Shown here piece by piece: positions 53,043-64,000 of a DNA stretch of 64,000 nucleotides. The notes beneath the pieces are model-generated. The model was not told the origin of the DNA, did no database searches, and saw only the letters and a list, made by a program, of their open reading frames with translations. Where the stretch lies: positions 221 to 64,220 of the forward strand of contig CALFWA010000109.1 of NCBI GenBank assembly GCA_937928035.1, given 5' to 3'. Origin of the DNA: an uncultured Caldilinea sp. (GTDB taxonomy: Bacteria; Chloroflexota; Anaerolineae; Caldilineales; Caldilineaceae). Position 1 is the first letter of the stretch. Each line of letters begins with the position of its first letter. A program made the translations under genes and the position numbers.

Positions 53043-55724
53043 TCAGCGGTCGGGCGCCGTCGCCAGCGCCCAGGCGACGGTGTTCCACATCGCCAGATCG
53101 GCCAGGAGCATGAAAGCGTCGGTTTGCGCATGCGCCAGCCCGGTGACCAGGCCGGCGCATGCGCCCGCCGCCACCCAGAAACCGGCGGAGCCTCCCTCGA
53201 CCCGTCGCCGCAACGCCGCCCGAAGCGCCAAAACACACAGCACAAACCAGGCCAATCCCAACACGCCCCAGGTCGTCGTCAGCTCCAGCCAGACGTTGTG
53301 CGGGTGAAGCTGATCGACCTCCACCGCGCCGACAGGCAAATAGGCGGGATAGGTCCAAAAGAACCCGCCCGGCCCTACGCCGACCCAAAAGTGCTCGCGC
53401 CAGAGCGCAAAGGCCGCCGTCCACAGGGTCAACCGCAGCTCAACCGTCTGCAGATTGGCGAGGCGCTCCTGCTGCCAGAAGAAAATGAGCGCAAGCAAAA
53501 CAGCTAGCGCAACTATCGTCGAAAGCACCGGCCTGCGACGCATACGCAACCAACGCACGATCGCCGGTCTGCGATAGAGCAGAAAGCCTGCAAAGGTCGC
53601 CAGCCCTGCCGGGACGGCCAGGAACAACGCGCCGCGGCTGCCCGTCAGCATGAGCGCCCCAGCCAGCGCAAGCAACGCAGCCGCAACGACCATCCGCCGC
53701 CGTTTGTCGATCAGCGCCAATCCCGCCAGCCCGACGAACAGGCTGCGCTCCAAATAGAGCGCCGTATGGTTGGGCGAAAAATGCGGGCCCACCAGCCGTT
53801 GAACGCCGTCGACGTCGACGCCCTGGCCGGCTAGCCAGCGCATTATGCCGACGAGCGCCGCCAACATGCCGCCCGTCAGGAGCGCAAGCAACGCCCAGCC
53901 CCGCTCTCTGGAATCTGCGGTCAGCACGCGCACCGCCAGCCACAGCCCCAAGGGCGCCATCACCAGGTCAAGCGCGCCTCGTGCAAAGGCGGGCCAGCGC
54001 CAGACGTTCACAGCGCTCAGCAGCGTCAGCGGCAGAAGCAGCAGCGGAGCCAGCTCCCACCAGTAGAGGATGAAACCATCCGAAGAGTGAGGGCGGCGGA
54101 GCGCAGCAATGACTGCGGGCAGCAACGCCAGGGTGAGGGCGTGCGCTGGCGGGACAGTCAATACAACGTTGACCAACGCAAGCTCTTTATGCTGGAAATA
54201 GAAAGGGATCAGCGTCAGCGCCAGCCAGAGGCCGACCCGCGGCCGAGCGAGGCAGAGCCAGGTCGCCGCCAGCCAGCACAACCCGATCAACGGCGGGAAT
54301 GTAGCCAGATAATAGATCACCGCCAGCCCGGTCCACGCCAACACGTGCGCCCATTGCGGCGCGCGCCGCCACCGCTCCAGCCAGCGTCGCCAGGCGATTA
54401 TCTGCGCCGCCGCGACGCCGCGCCAGATCACCAACGCTATGGCAACCAGCAGCGCAACCCATTCTCCCCAGGGAACGCAGACCTCGCCTGTTGAGGGGCG
54501 CTGGCGCAGCATCTGCAACCAGTCTGTCAATGCGATGTAGACCGGTGCAGGCGTCCCGGCGAGATCGGTGAGGGCGAAGCCCCACGCTGGCATGCCCGGC
54601 GCTTCCGCCGGCCGGTCAATGACCCAACCCATCGCCTGCAGCCAGGGCCATGCGCGCCACGCCTGCTCCAGCGCGTCGCGCGCATAGCGCGCCTGCGCCT
54701 GCGGCGTCACCGTCCCCCACGGCGAGTTCAGCATACGGTTCCAGCCGAAACGCACCGCCCAGATCGGCTTGTCGCCGAGTCCGGAATCGACCAGCGCGCG
54801 CCGGATCAGGGCGGCGCGACTGAAGTTGAGCACATCCGGCTGCTGGCGAGGATCGGTTGCGCCGTAGCCGAAGCCAAAGGGTTGAATGGCGACCACGTCA
54901 AAAAAAGGCGCGGCGCCGGCTGCAATCATGCGCTGCAGATAATAAATTTCGTCGATGGCCAGATGCCCCCGGTCTATGGTGGGCGCCAAGGCGGCGGCGA
55001 GAATAACGGCGTCGGGGTCGGCCTGGCGCAGCGCAGGCGCCACCGTGCGCAACAGTTGTGCGTATTCGACCGGATTGATGTGGCGACGTCCCCAGTTCGG
55101 CGCGATGTTGGGCTCATCCCAAATCTGGTAATAGCGCACGCGATCGCCGTATCGTTGCGCAAAGCGTTCGACGAAGCGGGCAAAGTCGGCGTACTCCGCC
55201 GGCGGCCCTGTGCGCACGCCGGCTTTGCGATCCATCTCACTCAACGCCCAGTCCGGCGCGCCGGCGAGCACGATCACCGGCTCCAGTCCTGCGCTCGCCA
55301 CCTGCTCCAGCGCGCGGTCGGCGACATCCCAGACCCATTGCCCCGGAATAAGCTCCAGCTCTCGCCACTCCAGGCGAAAACGCACCCACCCGAAGCCGGC
55401 CGCGCGCAGTTGGTGCAACCTGAGGGCGAATTGTTCAGGCGCATACGCGTCGATCTGGAGGTTGACGCCGACGAACGGCGGCTGCGCGCCCCCCGCCGGG
55501 CTGCGGACAGGAACCCGCTGCAGTCCCACGCCCCCTTCCAGCGTTGCACGCCACAACAGGACGCCGGCTGCGATCAAGGCGCATATGATGCCGTAGAGCA
55601 TTGCAAGTCGCAGCCACGCCAGCGTTTGACGCAAGCCGTCGCCTTGTCGCAAGAAGGCGACCCAGAGTTGACCGCTCGCCTGCGTTCTTCGATGCGCAGC
55701 CCTTGTCTCATGCGCGGCGTTCAC
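53043..55724 (-). CDS. fusion membrane protein: N-terminal TIM-barrel glycoside-hydrolase-like domain + C-terminal O-antigen ligase/polymerase (Wzy_C)-like polytopic domain
   Basis: 893 aa, starting at the GTG at 55722-55724. After one TM helix comes a ~330-aa GH5/GH39-like region (FVGVNLQ, YYQIWDEPN with the candidate acid/base Glu, AIQPFGFGY). About 10 TM helices follow, with the Wzy_C-type loop (MLTGSRGALF). Confidence 0.72.
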   Translation of the reverse strand: MNAAHETRAAHRRTQASGQLWVAFLRQGDGLRQTLAWLRLAMLYGIICALIAAGVLLWRATLEGGVGLQRVPVRSPAGGAQPPFVGVNLQIDAYAPEQFALRLHQLRAAGFGWVRFRLEWRELELIPGQWVWDVADRALEQVASAGLEPVIVLAGAPDWALSEMDRKAGVRTGPPAEYADFARFVERFAQRYGDRVRYYQIWDEPNIAPNWGRRHINPVEYAQLLRTVAPALRQADPDAVILAAALAPTIDRGHLAIDEIYYLQRMIAAGAAPFFDVVAIQPFGFGYGATDPRQQPDVLNFSRAALIRRALVDSGLGDKPIWAVRFGWNRMLNSPWGTVTPQAQARYARDALEQAWRAWPWLQAMGWVIDRPAEAPGMPAWGFALTDLAGTPAPVYIALTDWLQMLRQRPSTGEVCVPWGEWVALLVAIALVIWRGVAAAQIIAWRRWLERWRRAPQWAHVLAWTGLAVIYYLATFPPLIGLCWLAATWLCLARPRVGLWLALTLIPFYFQHKELALVNVVLTVPPAHALTLALLPAVIAALRRPHSSDGFILYWWELAPLLLLPLTLLSAVNVWRWPAFARGALDLVMAPLGLWLAVRVLTADSRERGWALLALLTGGMLAALVGIMRWLAGQGVDVDGVQRLVGPHFSPNHTALYLERSLFVGLAGLALIDKRRRMVVAAALLALAGALMLTGSRGALFLAVPAGLATFAGFLLYRRPAIVRWLRMRRRPVLSTIVALAVLLALIFFWQQERLANLQTVELRLTLWTAAFALWREHFWVGVGPGGFFWTYPAYLPVGAVEVDQLHPHNVWLELTTTWGVLGLAWFVLCVLALRAALRRRVEGGSAGFWVAAGACAGLVTGLAHAQTDAFMLLADLAMWNTVAWALATAPDR

Positions 55725-55725
55725 A

Positions 55726-57138
55726 TCAATCCTGCGCCTCGCGTAGGATGGCGGCGAGGCGGTCGGCGGCTTCCCGGTTGGCGTCGATCGCCCTCAGCTT
55801 CTCGCCGTATTGTTTCAGGGTGCGCTCCGTGTGAGGTTCGGCGTCCAGACGGCGCGCCTGGATGAGCAGGTCCTCGATCTCGCGCAGCAGCTCCTGAAGC
55901 ATTCGCTGCATCGGCCTTAAAGAAGGGGACGACATAGCTGCATCCGGCGGCGTCAATCCGGCCAGCCACGCTTCCGCCTCGGCCAGCCGTTTTCGCAACG
56001 CCTCCACTTCGTACGGGGAAGGCGCCTGAGGCGGCTGGGGACGAAAGATCGACGCCGGAAGCTGCGCGACGTCAAACAGCGCGACGTCTGGCGCATTCAG
56101 CCAGAGCACCGGCGTTGCGTAGCCGATGCTGTCGGGGTTGAGCGCATAGAGGCTCGAACGCGCCAAGCTCATGGCGCTCGGCGCAATGCCTGGGCACGGG
56201 CCGGCGAACAGCGCCTGATAGAAATGCTGCGTAAAATCGCCTGCGATCGATTCTTCGATCGCAGCCTGCATGGCGACGACAGCCGGGACGCCACTCTGAA
56301 GCAGTTGAGCGCCGATGGAAGCCAGGCTGCGATTCAACGCGCCTTGCGCGGTGGCGCACGCGTTCAACACGACCATCCGGACGCTTTCGGCGTCGTCAAA
56401 CGCGGTGCGCAGCGTCGACGCCGAGGTCAACACGGGCGTCTCGCCCTGCCAAAACAGCACGCCCTCCGGCTGTCCGTGCGTGGTGATGTGCACGATGTCG
56501 GGGCGCAAATGGTCGATCATTTGGCGCAAATCCACCACGCTGAAACGCCCTTTCAATACGGCGACGTCGATCACCTCCGTGCTCAGCGCGCCGAGCGCCT
56601 CTTCGAGCCGTCGCGTCTCTGCGGCGGCGTCGATTTGGGCCGTGGGGTCCTCAGGCAACACGGCCAGCATGCGCAAGGGAAGTTTGCTGCGCAGCGCGCG
56701 CACCCGCCCCACGCGGCGCAGCTGGGTCTCTGCGCGCACCAGCGGCGTCCGCAGGCTGCGTGCGAACGCCAGGTTGCGGTCAGGGTCGAACAACATCTCC
56801 CAGGGCAGCGCCGCCACGGCCGGCGGCTGCGCCATCAGACGGAGACAGATGCCGGCTGCTCCCTGGTCGAGGTCGGCACAAGCGCGTATCCAGAGGTCGC
56901 GTACATCCTGGCGAAAGAGACGCGCATACAGCAACGCGCCGATCTCTTCGATTACGTTGCGGCCGGGATGGCCGTGCGCAGCGGCTATTTGCTCCAGCCG
57001 ATGAAGCCATGTCGGATCGCCGGCGTCATCGTCGAAACGGCCGGCGGCTGTGTACTGGCGATAGGAAGCGTGCACAAGGTAAGGCGCCTGAGAGCCGTGT
57101 ATGGTGATGTGAAAATCGGCGAAAGTGCAATCGGTCAT
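55726..57138 (-). CDS. CHAT domain (caspase-like cysteine protease) protein with C-terminal coiled coil
   Basis: Trimmed to the ATG at 57136-57138 (MTDCTFADFHITIHG...). The CHAT core has His in DIVHITTHGQPEG and Cys in MVVLNACATAQG. The ~90-aa C-terminus is helical (EVEALRKRLAEAEAWL...LREIEDLLIQARRL). Its TGA stop (55726-55728) is 1 nt from the next GTG. Confidence 0.85.
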   Translation of the reverse strand: MTDCTFADFHITIHGSQAPYLVHASYRQYTAAGRFDDDAGDPTWLHRLEQIAAAHGHPGRNVIEEIGALLYARLFRQDVRDLWIRACADLDQGAAGICLRLMAQPPAVAALPWEMLFDPDRNLAFARSLRTPLVRAETQLRRVGRVRALRSKLPLRMLAVLPEDPTAQIDAAAETRRLEEALGALSTEVIDVAVLKGRFSVVDLRQMIDHLRPDIVHITTHGQPEGVLFWQGETPVLTSASTLRTAFDDAESVRMVVLNACATAQGALNRSLASIGAQLLQSGVPAVVAMQAAIEESIAGDFTQHFYQALFAGPCPGIAPSAMSLARSSLYALNPDSIGYATPVLWLNAPDVALFDVAQLPASIFRPQPPQAPSPYEVEALRKRLAEAEAWLAGLTPPDAAMSSPSLRPMQRMLQELLREIEDLLIQARRLDAEPHTERTLKQYGEKLRAIDANREAADRLAAILREAQD

Positions 57139-57177
57139 TGCGCCGGCCCGTTGAAGGATCGAAAAATCCGTCGGCAA

Positions 57178-57196
57178 TTTTGTGCAAAACACAAAA
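57178..57196. promoter_or_regulatory. inverted repeat TTTTGTG-N5-CACAAAA in the 80-bp divergent region between the CHAT gene and the membrane protein gene
   Basis: TTTTGTG at 57178-57184 and CACAAAA at 57190-57196. A related TGTACACA follows at 57201-57208. Confidence 0.35.
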
Positions 57197-57218
57197 GTAT
57201 TGTACACAAAGATACACT

Positions 57219-58118
57219 ATGCATATTAATCGGTGGAGCATCTGGCGAGAAGGATTCTGGGAACGGTGGCGGTGGCGCCTGCGCGCCGATCTTTCCGGCC
57301 TGGATTATCGCGACCGCATCAGCGTCACGACCTGGGTGCTCGTCTTTGGGTTTGGGCTCAGCCTTATCGTAGAAATTCCCTCCATCGTGATTCGTTTCCG
57401 CGCCTTCGGGACGCCCGCCGAGATCGAGCTGACTTCGACGATGATCATGGGCATCTTCCTGGCGATTGCAGCCGCTGCGGGCGCCGAAAGCCTGATTCGG
57501 CTGCATCCCAAGCGCCAGGCGAATCGGCTGGGATTGACCTGGGCCTATTGGGCGCTGCCGGCCGCCATGTCCATCATCACCGTGGTGCTGCTTCCCAGCC
57601 TGCCGACGCGCTTTTTGCAGATTTTGGTGATCTTGGCGGCGGGCGTTCTGTTGATCATCGCCTTTTTCAGCCTGTACGCTACGGTGGAGCCGGGCCAACC
57701 GGGGTTTCGCCGCGCCCGTCTCTGGCTAGATGCGCTGGCCTACGGGGTGGCGCTATTGCTCTTTCTGTTCGTTTATCAGGCGCGCACGCGCAGCCTGCTT
57801 TCGGGCACGTTGATCGCATTGACGGCGACGCTGCTGGCCGTGGAGCTGCTGCGCACCTCTTCCGATGAGACGCGCCGCGTGCTGATCTACAGCGCGGTCG
57901 TAGGCCTCCTGCTAGGTGAAATGACATGGGCGTTGAACTACTGGCCGCTGTTGCCCGGCCTGACGGGAGGGTTGCTCCTGCTGCTGAGCTTCTACCTGGC
58001 CATCGGCATTGCGCTGCAGAGCCTGCAGGGACGGCTGACCAAACGCGTGATGGTCGAGTTCGGCGTCTTCGCCGTGATTGCCGTGATCCTGATCGTCCTT
58101 TTCGGCCCGGGGTTTTGA
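57219..58118 (+). CDS. polytopic membrane protein of unknown family
   Basis: Trimmed to ATG 57219 (MHINRWSIWREGFWERWRWRL...). About 8 hydrophobic helices and no motif I recognise. Confidence 0.55.
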   Translation: MHINRWSIWREGFWERWRWRLRADLSGLDYRDRISVTTWVLVFGFGLSLIVEIPSIVIRFRAFGTPAEIELTSTMIMGIFLAIAAAAGAESLIRLHPKRQANRLGLTWAYWALPAAMSIITVVLLPSLPTRFLQILVILAAGVLLIIAFFSLYATVEPGQPGFRRARLWLDALAYGVALLLFLFVYQARTRSLLSGTLIALTATLLAVELLRTSSDETRRVLIYSAVVGLLLGEMTWALNYWPLLPGLTGGLLLLLSFYLAIGIALQSLQGRLTKRVMVEFGVFAVIAVILIVLFGPGF

Positions 58119-58163
58119 CACGCTGAACGCACTTGCCGAACGCACACGCCGAGGGCGAGCGCG

Positions 58164-58243
<80 letters not shown>

Positions 58244-58278
58244 GCAAGCGGAAACGTTCGATACAGAGAAAAGCTCTA

Positions 58279-58995
58279 ATGTCTGCACGGGAATATCTTC
58301 GCATTTTACGCAAATACGGGTGGATTGTGGTCGTCGCCGTGGTGTTGGCGGCGCTGGGAGCGTTCGCCATCAGCAATTTCCAAAAGCGGCTCTACCAGGC
58401 CACGGTGGAAGTTAGCACCGTGCCTGCCCGCGCCGACTGGGGGCTCGGCAACACTGCCAAAGATTTGATGCGCAACTTCACCGCCAATCTGCGCACGCCG
58501 GAGGTGGCGGCGCGCGTGATCGCCCGTCAGCAACTCGACATGAATCCTTACGACCTGCTGGCGAACACCCAGATCGAGCCGGATTCGAGCACCTTTACGA
58601 TCAAAATTCAGGTGCGCAACCCAGACGGCGAAGTGGCGAAGCTGGCGGCCCTGGGCTTCGCCGATGAGTTCTACGAGGAACGCACCGCCTACTACGCCCA
58701 GCAGGATAAACGCGACCAGATCGAGGTCAAAATTCGCAGTCGGGACATCAGCTATACGCAAGTTCAGCCTAAGCCGATGCTCAATGCAATTGCAGGGGCC
58801 GTGCTAGGGCTGCTCCTAGGCGTCGCCGTCGTCATGCTGTTGACATGGATGGAAGCAGACATGCTGCGCACGCCGGCGGCCATCGAACGGGCGCTGGGCG
58901 TGCCGGTGCTGGGCGCCATTCCGCGGTCCAACCCGCGCAGAGTCATCAAGCCGGAAGTCCAGCCCGGCCGCGTCGGCGCTCCCAAGACTGCGTAG
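58279..58995 (+). CDS. Wzz/polysaccharide chain-length determinant (PCP2b-type transmembrane modulator)
   Basis: 238 aa. The N-terminal Wzz motif and TM helix read YLRILRKYGWIVVVAVVLAALGAFAISNF. A second TM helix near the C-terminus is followed by a short cytoplasmic tail, as in CapA/YwqC-type kinase activators. Confidence 0.8.
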   Translation: MSAREYLRILRKYGWIVVVAVVLAALGAFAISNFQKRLYQATVEVSTVPARADWGLGNTAKDLMRNFTANLRTPEVAARVIARQQLDMNPYDLLANTQIEPDSSTFTIKIQVRNPDGEVAKLAALGFADEFYEERTAYYAQQDKRDQIEVKIRSRDISYTQVQPKPMLNAIAGAVLGLLLGVAVVMLLTWMEADMLRTPAAIERALGVPVLGAIPRSNPRRVIKPEVQPGRVGAPKTA

Positions 58996-59009
58996 TTCAA
59001 CGTTTTCGC

Positions 59010-62032
<3,023 letters not shown>

Positions 62033-62113
62033 ACGGCTCTTTTGCATCGCCAGCTCCGTCTGGCTTTGAGTTTTCTATGACAAGACGCTGAATACAAGCG
62101 AGGAACAAGAACC

Positions 62114-63931
<1,818 letters not shown>

Positions 63932-64000
63932 CGCAGCAGTTTTATCTGTCTGGGCGTCCTCATTTCGACGCACCCATCGTTCATCGTTTCAGGAGGAGTT

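Overview
GC-rich bacterial chromosomal segment (roughly 60-65 % GC by eye, not computed) with about 45 protein-coding genes. I found no rRNA or tRNA genes, no CRISPR array, and no transposase, integrase or phage genes. The domain architectures suggest a filamentous Chloroflexota-type genome: GT-C/PA14/NHL fusion, DUF2079, CHASE hybrid kinase, Pro/Thr-linker lipoproteins. That assignment is inference only.

Gene order, left to right:
- FAD oxidoreductase (partial), NfeD-SPFH pair, beta-lactamase-family hydrolase.
- NrdR-box-controlled nrdR-nrdJ operon.
- SAM-methyltransferase/amylosucrase pair.
- yybP-ykoY (Mn2+) riboswitch with its own promoter and terminator, in front of a P-type ATPase.
- pgi.
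- A tightly coupled five-gene operon: HIT, orphan Mo-hydroxylase large subunit, metallophosphoesterase, Gfo/Idh/MocA oxidoreductase, GCS2-like ligase.
- A 1642-aa CHASE/PAS hybrid histidine kinase, a YqeC-MocA fusion, and a secreted CAP-domain protein.
- pheS and tsaD, then an orphan HExxH protein.
- An envelope operon: CapA-like lipoprotein, GT-C/PA14/NHL giant protein, metalloprotease lipoprotein.
- murJ, YugP-like Zn peptidase, lysS-greA.
- Peptide-type ABC permeases and binding protein (no ATPase) with an amidohydrolase.
- A polysaccharide locus: a stand-alone CHAT protease coupled to a glycoside-hydrolase/O-antigen-ligase fusion, an unknown polytopic membrane protein, Wzz, DUF2079, a degenerate BY-kinase and a sugar-1-P nucleotidyltransferase.

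The best candidates for something undescribed are the CHAT-containing polysaccharide locus, the GT-C/PA14/NHL envelope operon and the five-gene HIT-to-ligase operon. All functional calls rest on motif recognition by eye and need profile searches to confirm. The many long antisense ORFs in the track are treated as high-GC artefacts.
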